A stretch of 64,000 bases of DNA. Source: an uncultured bacterium. GTDB lineage: Bacteria > Acidobacteriota > Aminicenantia > Aminicenantales > CALLJL01. The notes below the pieces were generated by a model. It was not told the origin of the DNA. It saw only the letters and a list, made by a program, of their open reading frames with translations, and did not search any database. The translations under genes and the position numbers were made by a program. The first letter of the stretch is position 1. Each line of letters starts with the position of its first letter. The stretch lies in contig CALLJL010000008.1 of NCBI GenBank assembly GCA_938092135.1, positions 64,019 to 128,018 on the forward strand, written 5' to 3'. Positions 27,868 through 38,598 of the stretch are shown in pieces.

Positions 27868-30453
27868 TCAGCTCGGTTTAGTAAAAATAATCTCGCCCCT
27901 TTCGTTGCCATCGACAACCACGCTCTCTCCTTCTTTAAATTCTCCTTGAAGGATTTTAAATGCCAGGGGATTTTGAAGGAGCTGCTGGATTGTCCTTTTA
28001 AGTGGCCTGGCGCCATAAACTGGATCAAAACCTTTTTCGGCAAGAACCTCCTTAGCCCGTTCGGTTATTTGTAGGTTGATTTTCTTATCTTCAAGCCTCG
28101 ATTTTAGAAGATTAATCTGAATATCAACTATTTTCTTAATAACCTCTTTATCCAGGGGCTTGAAGATCACCACCTCATCAATTCGATTCAGGAATTCAGG
28201 CCGAAAAGATTGTTCAAGCAGCCGGCGAACCTCCCGCTGCATTCGCTCATAATCGTGACTGAGCTCTTTGATGAGGTGACTTCCAAGATTTGAGGTCATG
28301 ATGATTATCGTATTCCGGAAATCAACAGTTCGGCCTTTGCCGTCGGTTAGGCGACCATCATCGAGAATTTGAAGAAGAATATTAAAAACATCGGGATGGG
28401 CCTTCTCAATTTCATCCAGAAGAATGATTGAGTAGGGCCGCCTTTTAATCGCCTCAGTCAATTGACCACCCTCTTCATATCCCACGTAACCAGGAGGAGC
28501 ACCAATCAATCGGCTGACTGTATGCTTCTCCATATATTCAGACATATCCAGCCTAACCATGGCGCGTTCATCATCAAAGAGAAATTCAGCAAGAGCTCGG
28601 GCTAATTCAGTTTTACCCACACCGGTAGGTCCTAGAAAAAGAAAAGAACCAATAGGCCTAGATGAATCCTGGATACCGGCCCTCGCTCGCCTCACTGTGT
28701 CGGCCACGGCTCGCAGGGCATGATCCTGGCCAACTACCCGCTGAGCAAGCTTCTCTTCCATGCGAATCAATTTCTCGACCTCTCCCTCGAGCATTTTTGA
28801 AACCGGAATACCCGTCCATTTGGAAACAATTTCCGCTATATCCTCCTCATCGACCTCTTCTTTGATCATTTTGCCTTTCTTCTGAATTTCCGCAAGTTGA
28901 GCCGAAAGATTATCTAACTCCCGACGTAACTCAATCATGCGGCCATATCTAATTTCAGCTACCTTTTCGAGATCACCCCGGCGTTCTGCATTTTGCTCCT
29001 CAATTTTTAGAACATCAATTTGCTCTTTAAGCTTATTCATCGCCTGAATAAGTTCCTTTTCCCTCTGCCACTGACCTTTCAGGGCATCGCTTTTTTCTTT
29101 AAGTTCAGCAAGCTCCCGCTGTAACTTAGCGAGCCTTTCTTGAGAAGCTTCATCCTTTTCCTTCTTTAAAGCCTGGCGCTCTATTTCCAGCTGGCGAATT
29201 CGCCGCTCAAGTTCGTCTATTTCTTCTGGCATACTATCAATTTCAACTCTAATGCGGGCTGCAGCCTCATCAACCAAATCTATCGCCTTATCAGGAAGGT
29301 ATCTTCCAGAAATATAGCGATGAGAAAGAACAGCCGCGGCTACAAGCGCCGAATCTTTTATTTTAACTCCGTGATGCAATTCATATTTTTCTTTAAGACC
29401 CCGCAAAATAGAAATAGTTTCCTCAACGGTGGGCTCATCCACAAAGACAGGTTGGAATCGCCTCTCGAGAGCCGGATCCTTCTCAATATATTTTTTGTAT
29501 TCACTTAAAGTGGTGGCACCGATACAACGGAGCTCCCCCCGGGCCAGGGGCGGCTTAAGCATGTTAGAAGCATCGACAGCACCTTCGGCTGCCCCAGCTC
29601 CAATGATTGTATGCAACTCATCTATGAAAAGAACAATTTCTCCCTCTGCCTCTTTAATTTCCTTAAGAATAGCCTTAAGTCTATCCTCAAATTCACCGCG
29701 GTATTTTGTCCCGGCAATAAGAGCCCCAATATCAAGAGCAATGAGTCTTTTATTTTTCAGGGATTGGGGCACATCCCCGTTGGCAATTCTCTGAGCCAGT
29801 CCCTCAACGATGGCTGTTTTGCCTACCCCGGCTTCACCGATGAGCACGGGATTATTCTTAGTCCGTCGACTTAAAACCTGAATAACCCGTCTGATTTCAT
29901 CCTCCCGGCCAATGACCGGGTCAAGTTTCCCTTGACGGGCCAGATCAGTCAGATCCCGGGCATACTTTTTCAAAACTTCATATTTGCTCTCAGGTTCAGC
30001 ATCGGTAACCCGCTGAGTTCCTCTGATTTCCGCAAGGGCCCGAAGCGTCTTCTCCTCATCAACTCCATGGCTCTTAAGAATGCGGGCAATTGAGTTTGAT
30101 CCATCTTTAAGCATGGCTAGAAAAAGGTGTTCGGTCGAGATATACTCATCCTTGAGATTGGCAGCCACTTGATCAGCTTGATTTAAAATCTGTCTTAACT
30201 CAGGGGAAATATAGATTTCTCCTGCCCCCATCACCCGCGGCAGTTTATTAAGAGCCGCTTCAATTTCGTCATTAATAGCTTTAATATTGACCCCAAGTTT
30301 CTGGAGAATAGAGACGACGACATTTTCATCTTGCTGAAGAAAGCTCCAGAATAGATGCTCTGGCTTTATCTCTTGATGCCCGAGCTGCTCAGCCTTTTTC
30401 TGAGCGCTCATTAAGGCTTCCTGAGATTTGATGGTAAATTTGTCCCATCTCAT
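27868..30453 (-). CDS. clpB: ATP-dependent chaperone ClpB
   Basis: True start [13 protein letters not shown] at 30453 with a GGAGA RBS. Two AAA+ modules ([15 protein letters not shown]; [15 protein letters not shown]) separated by a long coiled-coil middle domain. 861 aa. Confidence 0.95.
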   Translation of the reverse strand: MRWDKFTIKSQEALMSAQKKAEQLGHQEIKPEHLFWSFLQQDENVVVSILQKLGVNIKAINDEIEAALNKLPRVMGAGEIYISPELRQILNQADQVAANLKDEYISTEHLFLAMLKDGSNSIARILKSHGVDEEKTLRALAEIRGTQRVTDAEPESKYEVLKKYARDLTDLARQGKLDPVIGREDEIRRVIQVLSRRTKNNPVLIGEAGVGKTAIVEGLAQRIANGDVPQSLKNKRLIALDIGALIAGTKYRGEFEDRLKAILKEIKEAEGEIVLFIDELHTIIGAGAAEGAVDASNMLKPPLARGELRCIGATTLSEYKKYIEKDPALERRFQPVFVDEPTVEETISILRGLKEKYELHHGVKIKDSALVAAAVLSHRYISGRYLPDKAIDLVDEAAARIRVEIDSMPEEIDELERRIRQLEIERQALKKEKDEASQERLAKLQRELAELKEKSDALKGQWQREKELIQAMNKLKEQIDVLKIEEQNAERRGDLEKVAEIRYGRMIELRRELDNLSAQLAEIQKKGKMIKEEVDEEDIAEIVSKWTGIPVSKMLEGEVEKLIRMEEKLAQRVVGQDHALRAVADTVRRARAGIQDSSRPIGSFLFLGPTGVGKTELARALAEFLFDDERAMVRLDMSEYMEKHTVSRLIGAPPGYVGYEEGGQLTEAIKRRPYSIILLDEIEKAHPDVFNILLQILDDGRLTDGKGRTVDFRNTIIIMTSNLGSHLIKELSHDYERMQREVRRLLEQSFRPEFLNRIDEVVIFKPLDKEVIKKIVDIQINLLKSRLEDKKINLQITERAKEVLAEKGFDPVYGARPLKRTIQQLLQNPLAFKILQGEFKEGESVVVDGNERGEIIFTKPS

Positions 30454-30483
30454 TTTTTTCTCCTTGGAAAAGGGGTAAAATTT

Positions 30484-30512
30484 ATTAAACCGCCCTTTTT
30501 TTTGGCTGTCAA
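30484..30512 (-). promoter_or_regulatory. sigma70-like promoter for clpB (TTGACA-17-TTTAAT on minus strand)
   Basis: Minus-strand TTGACA at 30512-30507, 17-nt spacer, TTTAAT at 30489-30484, about 30 nt upstream of the clpB ATG. A plus-strand TTGACA at 30530-30535 lies back-to-back with it. Confidence 0.4.
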
Positions 30513-30575
30513 GTTTTAAAAAAATCTTCTTGACAAGAGAAAAAAAATTGATATCTATTTTTTGGAGAGTTAACC

Positions 30576-30908
30576 ATGGAAGAAATCGAAATTTCAAGCT
30601 GGCTAACCTTAGATGCTATTAAGAAAAAAGCAGACGTGGTGGAAACCGTAGGGAACCTCCAGACCGGCCACAGCATGTCAGTTTTCTGTATCATCGAGGA
30701 TGATTATCTTGAGCTCTATTACAGTGATTCCGGACCTAACTATCTGCGCCGCTTTGAAGACATGGATGAAATGGAAAAAGCTATTGAGGAAAGAAAGGAA
30801 GAGGTTGGTGAGGCTCCCTACGATGAAGACCTGGATTTTAACGAAGAATATGAGGAGGAAGAAGAGGAAGAGGAATTTGATTTTGAAGACGAATCGGAGA
30901 ATTATTGA
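30576..30908 (+). CDS. small highly acidic protein with poly-Glu C-terminal tail, unknown function
   Basis: 110 aa. GGAGAG RBS 7 nt upstream of the ATG. C-terminus [21 protein letters not shown]. Divergent from clpB. No family recognised. Confidence 0.4.
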   Translation: MEEIEISSWLTLDAIKKKADVVETVGNLQTGHSMSVFCIIEDDYLELYYSDSGPNYLRRFEDMDEMEKAIEERKEEVGEAPYDEDLDFNEEYEEEEEEEEFDFEDESENY

Positions 30909-30933
30909 TTTTCGGCCGAAAAGTTAATTGGCC

Positions 30934-33570
30934 CTAAATCTTGCGTTGAAGTTTATTTTTCCAATGATGGAGCCATTCCAGGGCTTCAAGAGGGGTCAAA
31001 CGATCAAGATCTTGAGAAATTAAGTTTTCTTCTAATTCTTCAAGTAACTGTCTTTTTTGATCTTCCGAGAAAAGCCAGAGTTGTTCCTTTTGACCGCTTC
31101 GGAGTCGCCGGTGACCCAATCTTGGCTGGCCCGAAGAGTCAATTGCCTTTCTTTCCAGGTTAAACAGAATCTCCTTAGCTCGAGCAATGACCGAAGGTGG
31201 AACACCTGCTAGTTTGGCCACATGCAAGCCATAGCTTTGATCCGTGGGCCCTGGAGCGACTTTCCTTAGAAAAACAACCTCACCCTTATATTCCTTAACC
31301 ATTACATGATAATTCTTAACCCGCCTTAATGCTAGCTCCAGCTCAGTGAGTTCGTGATAATGAGTGGCAAAAAGGGTTTTTGGTCTTGTTTCCTCATGGT
31401 CATGGAGATATTCAACCACAGCCCAGGCAATACTCAGTCCATCAAAGGTGCTTGTTCCCCGACCGATTTCATCAAGGAGAACAAGGCTTCGGGGAGTCGC
31501 ATGATGCAAAATATTCGCCGTTTCTATCATTTCGACCATAAAAGTTGATTGTCCTAAGCTTAAATAGTCTGTGGCCCCGATCCGAGTAAAAATACGATCA
31601 ATAAGGCCGATTTTGGCCTCAGAGGCTGGAACAAAAGATCCCATCTGGGCCATGATACAAATTAGGGCTATTTGTCTGATATAGGTAGATTTTCCGCCCA
31701 TATTAGGCCCAGTAATGATTAAAATCTGCCTCTCCTCCCTGTCCATCTCCACATCATTGGGAACAAAAGGCTCAGCCATCGTCTTCTCAATAATCGGATG
31801 ACGACCATTTTTAATCCAAAGGCGATCACTATCGTTAACTTCAGGTCGAACATACCGTCTTTCGACGGCAAGCTGAGCTAGGGAGGAGAAAACATCGAGC
31901 TCGGCTAGTCGCCGGGCGATTTTCCTTAGACGGGATGCTTCTTCGGCTACCTTTTCCCTGACTTCAAGAAATAACTGATTTTCCAGCTCCCGGATTCTTT
32001 CCTCAGCTGAAAGAACCTTTTCTTCATACTCCTTGAGTTCTGGCGTAATAAACCTTTCAGAATTGACCAGGGTCTGCTTACGAATATAATCAGGAGGAAC
32101 AAGAGGAATATTAGGTTTGGTAATTTCAATGAAATAGCCAAAAACTTGGTTGTAGCGGACTTTAAGGGAAGCAATACCCGTCCTTTCCCTTTCTCTTTTT
32201 TCCAGATTAGCAATGAAAGCTTTGCCCGAATGGCTAATCTGCCTTAGCTCGTCAAGCTCCGAGGAATACCCCTCTTTAATTATGCCGCCTTGATCAATAA
32301 TAGTGGCTGGCTCTTCCAATATGGATTTATCAATGAGGTTGGCTATTTCAGTGGCTTCATCCCATTGATTCTTGATCTCCCTAATCCACATTGAATTCAA
32401 GGGCTCAAGGAGTTTTCTGATTTCAGGTAACAGCCAAAGAGATTTTTTAAGAGAGATTAAATCCCTGGGATTAGCGACTCCGAGAGATATTTTACCCGTG
32501 AGCCTTTCAAGATCACCTACCTGCTTCAATAATTTTCTCAGCTCCTGACGTTCAATGGTGTGATGGTAAAAATCTTCGACAACATCCTGACGTTGCCGAA
32601 TTTGTTCACAATTGAGCAGAGGTTCGAGAAGCCATGAGCGCAGTAATCGGGCGCCAGCAGCTGTAACCGTCATATCCATTACATCGAGAAGAGAATCCTT
32701 TTCTCGGCCGTCTCTTATATTTCTAATAAGTTCAAGATTTCTGATAGCCGTAGAATCAAGAATCATAAATTCACTGATTTCATAGCTCGATACACCTTCG
32801 ATGGAGCGAAGTGATTCGGGCCTTAGGGTTCTCAGATAATGGAGGAGGGCACCTGAGGCTCTAATTGCCAGACCTTTACCTTCAAGGCCAAAACCCTCAA
32901 GGGATTCGACGCTAAAATGAGAAAAAAGGAGGGAGCGAGCGTGAGCCAGGTCAAAAATCCAGTCTTCGATAGGGCTTATGGTGATAGCGTTCTGAAGCGA
33001 GGCCTTAATAAGAGAAACAATTTCCTTTTCCTGATCTAGGGGACAGATAATTTCCCGAGGCGAAAAACGGAAAATTTCATCAATTAGCCTTTCCCTTGAC
33101 TTTTCTTTCTTCTGGGTAGCTTTGATCCGGCCGCCAATCATATCAAGAATTGCCAGCCCCCAGCTTTCCTCCTCAACAAAAAGACTCATCAAAACTACCC
33201 CATCCCTGGGTCCTTCAGGCTCAACTTCAAGAGCTGTTCCAGGCGTCAAAACTCTAACCACTTCTCTTTTAACCACTCCTTTGGCCAGCTTAGGGTCCTC
33301 CACCTGTTCGCAAATAGCCACTCGATATCCATGCCGCAACAATTTGTTTAGATAGCTCTGAACTGCGTGATAGGGAACTCCACACATGGGCACCTTCTGT
33401 CGCGATGTTAGGGCAATATCGAGAATTGAAGCCGCTACTTTAGCATCTTCATAAAAGAGCTCAAAAAAATCCCCTAGCCGGAAAAGGAGAAGACAATCTT
33501 GATATTGTTTCTTAATCTGCAGGTATTGCTGCATCATCGGGGTGATTAAATTTTCCCTTTGCTCTGTCAT
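30934..33570 (-). CDS. mutS: DNA mismatch repair protein MutS
   Basis: MTEQRENLITPMMQQYLQIK is the canonical MutS N-terminus. Walker A GPNMGGKSTYIRQ and the downstream ATPase motifs are present. The listed ORF start at 33606 is TTG; ATG at 33570 is preferred. Confidence 0.9.
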   Translation of the reverse strand: MTEQRENLITPMMQQYLQIKKQYQDCLLLFRLGDFFELFYEDAKVAASILDIALTSRQKVPMCGVPYHAVQSYLNKLLRHGYRVAICEQVEDPKLAKGVVKREVVRVLTPGTALEVEPEGPRDGVVLMSLFVEEESWGLAILDMIGGRIKATQKKEKSRERLIDEIFRFSPREIICPLDQEKEIVSLIKASLQNAITISPIEDWIFDLAHARSLLFSHFSVESLEGFGLEGKGLAIRASGALLHYLRTLRPESLRSIEGVSSYEISEFMILDSTAIRNLELIRNIRDGREKDSLLDVMDMTVTAAGARLLRSWLLEPLLNCEQIRQRQDVVEDFYHHTIERQELRKLLKQVGDLERLTGKISLGVANPRDLISLKKSLWLLPEIRKLLEPLNSMWIREIKNQWDEATEIANLIDKSILEEPATIIDQGGIIKEGYSSELDELRQISHSGKAFIANLEKRERERTGIASLKVRYNQVFGYFIEITKPNIPLVPPDYIRKQTLVNSERFITPELKEYEEKVLSAEERIRELENQLFLEVREKVAEEASRLRKIARRLAELDVFSSLAQLAVERRYVRPEVNDSDRLWIKNGRHPIIEKTMAEPFVPNDVEMDREERQILIITGPNMGGKSTYIRQIALICIMAQMGSFVPASEAKIGLIDRIFTRIGATDYLSLGQSTFMVEMIETANILHHATPRSLVLLDEIGRGTSTFDGLSIAWAVVEYLHDHEETRPKTLFATHYHELTELELALRRVKNYHVMVKEYKGEVVFLRKVAPGPTDQSYGLHVAKLAGVPPSVIARAKEILFNLERKAIDSSGQPRLGHRRLRSGQKEQLWLFSEDQKRQLLEELEENLISQDLDRLTPLEALEWLHHWKNKLQRKI

Positions 33571-33740
33571 GTCTTCAACTATAGCCCCACTCCTGGCTAT
33601 TTTCAATATCTCATATCTTAAAGGCCCGGAGGCCTCCTTTCCCTGTGGCTTTTTCTAACTTTAATTATTTTCTTTTGAAGTTCAGAGGGAAGAAGGCCTT
33701 TCTTGACAGCCATAAACAGGTAAATTATCCTTCTTAGGTT

Positions 33741-34280
33741 ATGAATTTCCCTAATTTTTTAACTTTTCTACGAATCCTTTCTATTCCTGCCCTTGTGGTC
33801 ACTCTTTTGATTTCCTTTCCCAAACAAACATGGTTTGCCTTTGCTCTATGGTGTCTCGCAACCTTTACTGATACTCTCGATGGCTATTTAGCCCGCCGGC
33901 GCAAGCAGGTGACCATTCTCGGCCAGCTTCTTGATCCCATTGCTGATAAACTTCTTATCATATCTGCTTTTATCTGTTTGGTTCAGCTCGGACGCGTTCC
34001 GGCTTGGATGGCTATTATTATCATTGGTCGCGAGTTTGCTGTTACTGGCTTGCGAGCTATTGCCTCTTCTCAGGGCTTGCATATCAAAGCCTCAAGGCTA
34101 GGAAAGGCTAAAATGATTTTGGAAACAATTACCGTTGCCCTGATAATTTTAGGCCGAGAAATAATGGGGCGCTTTTATTTTATAGCGACCCTCGGCCTTT
34201 GGGCTGTCGTTCTGGTTTCGATTATTTCAGCCCTTGAATATGGCTGGCGTTATATTCCCAGGCTTTCAAGCCAGATTTGA
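33741..34280 (+). CDS. pgsA: CDP-diacylglycerol--glycerol-3-phosphate 3-phosphatidyltransferase
   Basis: CDP-alcohol phosphatidyltransferase motif DTLDGYLARR...GQLLDPIADK. 179 aa with 4 TM helices. Confidence 0.8.
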   Translation: MNFPNFLTFLRILSIPALVVTLLISFPKQTWFAFALWCLATFTDTLDGYLARRRKQVTILGQLLDPIADKLLIISAFICLVQLGRVPAWMAIIIIGREFAVTGLRAIASSQGLHIKASRLGKAKMILETITVALIILGREIMGRFYFIATLGLWAVVLVSIISALEYGWRYIPRLSSQI

Positions 34281-35198
34281 AATTTCCTCTTTCGTCTTTA
34301 TGAGAGATTCAGGATTCTCGACAGAATAGATAACCACAGGTCTTCCCCATGTTCTAACAATTCTTTTCATTAGATTGGAAAGAACCTTGCCCGCTCCAAC
34401 CTCTACAATGATATCGACTCCTTCTTCTCTGAGAACCTCCATGCTTTTCCACCAGAGAACAGGCCGGCTAACCTGTCGCTTCAAGGCATCCAGTGCTTCT
34501 TCAGCTCGATAAATGAGCCGGGCATCAACATTGGTAATGATGGGAAATTTCAAATCCCTAAATTTCGTCTTTTCTAGCTCAAGAGTCAGCTTGATTTCGG
34601 CCGGCTTCATTAAACTCGTATGAAAGGGGGCACTTACCGGCAAAAATACAAAGCGAGGGGGCTTTAATTTTTCAATGGCCCTTTCCACCGCCTTTTTATG
34701 GCCAGCAATAACAATTTGCTCCTGACTGTTCCAGTTAGCTACTTCGACGATTCCATCTTCTATATCTTTCAAAACTGAGGCCACAGTTTCGAAGGGCAAG
34801 CCTAACACCGCAGCCATAGCCCCCTCACCCACCGGCACAGCTTCCTGCATATATTCTCCCCTTTTGCGAACCAAAAGAAGGGCTTCGGAAAAGTCTAAAG
34901 CTCCTGAGGCCACTAAGGCTGAATATTCCCCCAAGCTATGACCACAGGCAATGGCTGGCTCAATTCCAAGCAATTTATAGGCAATAAAACTTACAGTTAG
35001 CAGAGCTGGCTGGGTATTGGCTGTCAGTCTGAGCTCTTCTTCCGGGCCTTCAAAACACAAACGAGAAAGAGAAAAACCTAGAACCTCATCAGCTAAGGTA
35101 AAAACTTCTTTAGCCTTTTCAAATTGGTCATAAAATTCTTTTCCCATGCCGACATATTGCGAACCCTGTCCTGGAAATAGAAAAGCTATTCGGGCCAT
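34266..35198 (-). CDS. fabD: malonyl CoA-ACP transacylase
   Basis: FPGQGSQYVGMG and the active-site GHSLGEYSAL motif are present. 310 aa. Confidence 0.9.
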   Translation of the reverse strand: MARIAFLFPGQGSQYVGMGKEFYDQFEKAKEVFTLADEVLGFSLSRLCFEGPEEELRLTANTQPALLTVSFIAYKLLGIEPAIACGHSLGEYSALVASGALDFSEALLLVRKRGEYMQEAVPVGEGAMAAVLGLPFETVASVLKDIEDGIVEVANWNSQEQIVIAGHKKAVERAIEKLKPPRFVFLPVSAPFHTSLMKPAEIKLTLELEKTKFRDLKFPIITNVDARLIYRAEEALDALKRQVSRPVLWWKSMEVLREEGVDIIVEVGAGKVLSNLMKRIVRTWGRPVVIYSVENPESLIKTKEEISNLA

Positions 35199-35851
35199 TT
35201 CTCCTCACCTTCTAAAATCTTAAGGCAGGATTTATTTATATTTATTAAGGCTCGATCTTTCAATCCCTTTATCCAGATAATTACCTGCTCTCTGATTTTA
35301 TCCTGACGAATTTTACTCTCAATTTCTCCGATCACTTCCACAAGCGGCCGGACCTCCTCTTTTCTCGCTTTCTGATCAGCTACATATTTCTCAAAATAAT
35401 AATTTTCAATTTCCTTCAAGGTAACGCCTATTTGCAGGCTTGTTCTAAGAGCCAACATCTTTTCATAAAGCAATTTCTCCCGCAGATAAATCTCTAAGTC
35501 GTTTAAAGATAAACCATAGGCCTTCATTTTTTCCATCACCCTTTCTTCGCCCATCAATTTAAAAAGATTATCAAAAGCCTGAAGGATTTCGTCTTGATTA
35601 AGGCTAATTTCTTTTCTGGCTTCTCTAGCCACAAGCTTCATTTCAATTATCTTTTCCAAAATTTCCTCAGATTTAAAATTTTTTTGGGCTATTAGTATAA
35701 ATTCTCTATAAATTTTTATATCCAAAAGGGTAATTATCTCACGATCAACAGTGGCCGCTAAGCAATCGACGATTTTTTGTTTATCAGAATTCAAAAAAAC
35801 AGGCAAAAGCAAGATAAATAAAAAAAATAAGAGGGGTATCTTTTTCTTCAT
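35186..35851 (-). CDS. periplasmic chaperone, SurA N-terminal-domain-like (no PPIase domain)
   Basis: Signal peptide then KIVDCLAATVDREIITLLDI, matching the SurA_N pattern (i.AvVn...It..dl). 221 aa. Immediately downstream of bamA, the position Skp/SurA usually occupies. Confidence 0.45.
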   Translation of the reverse strand: MKKKIPLLFFLFILLLPVFLNSDKQKIVDCLAATVDREIITLLDIKIYREFILIAQKNFKSEEILEKIIEMKLVAREARKEISLNQDEILQAFDNLFKLMGEERVMEKMKAYGLSLNDLEIYLREKLLYEKMLALRTSLQIGVTLKEIENYYFEKYVADQKARKEEVRPLVEVIGEIESKIRQDKIREQVIIWIKGLKDRALININKSCLKILEGEEKWPE

Positions 35852-35855
35852 TACA

Positions 35856-38594
35856 TTAGAAGATTTGTCCGATAGTTATGAAAAGGAGAGGCCGGGCTTT
35901 CCTCTCCGAAATATTCCAGCCCAACTCAAGCCGCAAAGGTCCAAGGGGAGTTCGATATCGAAGACCAAAGCCAAGGGCATGCTCTAAAGAAGCTAGATTA
36001 AATTGACTTCGTTTACTAAAAACATTGCCCAGGTCATAAAAAATTGCTGCCTTCATCTCGGGAAAGGAAGCAATAAAGGGAAAACTTAATTCCAAATTAA
36101 ATAGGACCAAAGCTTTGCCCCCCACCGGCTTCTGGGAAGAAGGATCTTTTGGGCCAAGCTCGTCGAATTGTTGACCCCGAAAAGAATTGCTGCCACCAGC
36201 AAAAAATCTTTCATGAATTGGCATCCGGCCGCGACCCAATCCCAAACGAAAAGTCCCAGAAAGATTCCACCTTGCTGCGGGCGAATAAAAGCGCTGATAT
36301 TTAAAAAAAGCTTTCAAAAAGTCCGCTTCTGAGCCAAATAAGGGAAAGGCCCACTCAAAAACTCCCGAGGCAAAATATCCCCTTTCCGGATTAAAAGTAT
36401 CATCACGGCGATCATGGATGAGACTGATTGAACAAGAGGTCGAGGAAAAGGGGAAAAACTGGCGATCAACTTCCGATTCGGTGATTTCAAGATGGGTAAG
36501 AACGGTCCGAGCGTATCTTAAAGTTAAAATGGTCATAAGATCGCCTTTCAAAGCCTTGATGCCGGTGAGACTCAAGCCGCGCCGGTCAAAACCGAAGCTG
36601 ATCCTCTCTTCCCTTTCTAACCACATATTCATGTAGCCTCGGATTGGCAATCCAAAGAAATAAGGTTGTTCCCAGGATACAACGCCTCTCGTTTCTTTTA
36701 GACTCATCTGACTAATAAAACTAAGCTGGGAGGCATCGCCAAAAAGATTGCTCCGGACAATTTCAGCTGTGCCTCGCAAACGGAGGACATTATTCCAGAT
36801 TTCAAAACTACGGGGTTCATTTCTCGTCTCAAGACCTATTCCTACACTGGCTAAACTTCTTTCACCTTCAGACAGACGGAAGACCAGAACGAGCTCATCT
36901 TTAGAGACTGGCACTTCTTCAACCTGAACTGAGGTAAATACCCGCAGTCGCTCCAGATTTCTCTTGGACTCCTCGATTAGGGAAGAACTGGCCCAATCTC
37001 CTTCTTTAATCCTCAGTTCTTTCAAAATCGTTGCTTCCTTAGTTATAAGCGCTCCAGTGAAAAAAATCTGGCGAATTCGGTAACGCTCGCCTTCCTTTAT
37101 CTCATAAACGAGGGAATAACTTCCTAGCGTTGACTCGATTTCTTTAACCTCAACGGAAGTTCCTCTGAATCCTTGCTGATGAAAAAACTCAACTATTTTT
37201 TGGCCAGCAATTTTTATTCGAGGCGGATAATAGGGATCCCCTGGTTTTAGATCAATTACTTTTCTTAGAATTTCTTCGGAAAAAAACAATTTTGGTTCAA
37301 ACCTAACCGAAACTATTTTCTCTTGAGGCCCCTCATGGATGTAAAGATGAGCCAGGGCTCTTTTCCCCTTTGACTCTAGTCCTAAAAAAACACGGGCTTC
37401 AGGGAAACCCCTCATCTGGTAGAAAGCTTCAAGTTTTCGCGGGAGTTCATAAAGCTTTTCACCATCGATGATCTCAGTTAATAAGGCCCGGGCTGGAAGA
37501 CCAAGGGCAAGACGAAGTTCCTTATCTTGAAAACTTTTATTTCCTGAAAAAACAATTGCAACTATAGACTGTTGTGGGCCTCTCTCTATGTTGTAGGTAA
37601 CCTGAATAAAGTTATCTTGTTTAAAGAATTGCCCCCTGACCTGGGCCCGTAGGTAACCTTTTCGTCTTAAATACCGGAGAAGACGAGCTTCTCCCTCACT
37701 TAAAGCCCACTCCTCAAAAAATCTCTCTTCCCATAGGGGAATAACCAAATCCTTAGGCACCTGGGCGCCTTTGATTTCAATGACAATATTTTCATAAAGC
37801 CTTGGTTCTATCTCGATATCGGCGACTTCCCTTTCTCGGTCAACCGAAACTAACCAGTTGACTTCAGCTCGCAAAAACCCCCGACGTCGCAGCCGCTGCT
37901 GCAGAGCCAGGCAAAGAGACTGCAGTCTTCGGGGATTATATTCGTCGCCGGGAGAAAAATTAATGATTTTCTTTTCTTTTTGATTTAATTCCTCGACTTG
38001 GCCTTTCCATTGAATCTGTCGAATCTTCAATCTTTCTCCAGGGTTTATTTTCCAGATAAGATCGATAAAGCTGCTCGCTTTTCTGACTATTTCAACCTCT
38101 ATTTCAGGTTCAAAAAAGCCTTCTTGGTGGAGAAAACGGATTATTTCAGATCGGGCTGCGCTTAAAAGATTCTCATTAAATGCTTCACCTTGCCTTAAAG
38201 CCTTGACTTCAGCTTCTATCATCTCCGACCTTAAACCTTTTTTCACCAGGTAAAAAGATTGACGTAAATAAAGCTGCCTTTCCAGGGAAAAGGTTAGATC
38301 AATGGGATTGACTCCTTTTTGAAAAACTAAGATCTGTGAAAAAAGACCGGTAAAATAGAGATTTTGAATAGCCCGTCGAACCAAAAGAGGAGAAAATTTA
38401 TCCCCTCTCTGGAGAGGAACTAAATTTCCGAATTTAGCCGGCGCAGCTTCACCATCGATGAGAATTTCAATTTCGCCAATAATTGGCGTTTCCTTTTCCT
38501 GAGCATAAACCAAATTAACCAAAGCCACTATTAGAAACAATAGAAAAAAGAAATCTGTTTTTCTGTTTAAAAGATTCATCTCTTTTACCACCAA
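35856..38594 (-). CDS. bamA: outer membrane protein assembly factor BamA (Omp85)
   Basis: 912 aa. Signal peptide, repeated POTRA-like modules, and a C-terminal beta-barrel with alternating-aromatic strands ending ...LGWNISERKARPLLFITIGQIF. Confidence 0.8.
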   Translation of the reverse strand: MVVKEMNLLNRKTDFFFLLFLIVALVNLVYAQEKETPIIGEIEILIDGEAAPAKFGNLVPLQRGDKFSPLLVRRAIQNLYFTGLFSQILVFQKGVNPIDLTFSLERQLYLRQSFYLVKKGLRSEMIEAEVKALRQGEAFNENLLSAARSEIIRFLHQEGFFEPEIEVEIVRKASSFIDLIWKINPGERLKIRQIQWKGQVEELNQKEKKIINFSPGDEYNPRRLQSLCLALQQRLRRRGFLRAEVNWLVSVDREREVADIEIEPRLYENIVIEIKGAQVPKDLVIPLWEERFFEEWALSEGEARLLRYLRRKGYLRAQVRGQFFKQDNFIQVTYNIERGPQQSIVAIVFSGNKSFQDKELRLALGLPARALLTEIIDGEKLYELPRKLEAFYQMRGFPEARVFLGLESKGKRALAHLYIHEGPQEKIVSVRFEPKLFFSEEILRKVIDLKPGDPYYPPRIKIAGQKIVEFFHQQGFRGTSVEVKEIESTLGSYSLVYEIKEGERYRIRQIFFTGALITKEATILKELRIKEGDWASSSLIEESKRNLERLRVFTSVQVEEVPVSKDELVLVFRLSEGERSLASVGIGLETRNEPRSFEIWNNVLRLRGTAEIVRSNLFGDASQLSFISQMSLKETRGVVSWEQPYFFGLPIRGYMNMWLEREERISFGFDRRGLSLTGIKALKGDLMTILTLRYARTVLTHLEITESEVDRQFFPFSSTSCSISLIHDRRDDTFNPERGYFASGVFEWAFPLFGSEADFLKAFFKYQRFYSPAARWNLSGTFRLGLGRGRMPIHERFFAGGSNSFRGQQFDELGPKDPSSQKPVGGKALVLFNLELSFPFIASFPEMKAAIFYDLGNVFSKRSQFNLASLEHALGFGLRYRTPLGPLRLELGWNISERKARPLLFITIGQIF

Positions 38595-38598
38595 ATCC

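Noticed and set aside
27868-30597. 909-aa ClpB ORF with a 48-aa N-terminal extension.
   Set aside because: The extension has no RBS and is not ClpB-like. The internal ATG at 30453 has a GGAGA SD and yields the canonical N-terminus. Treated as a read-through artefact of the ORF caller.
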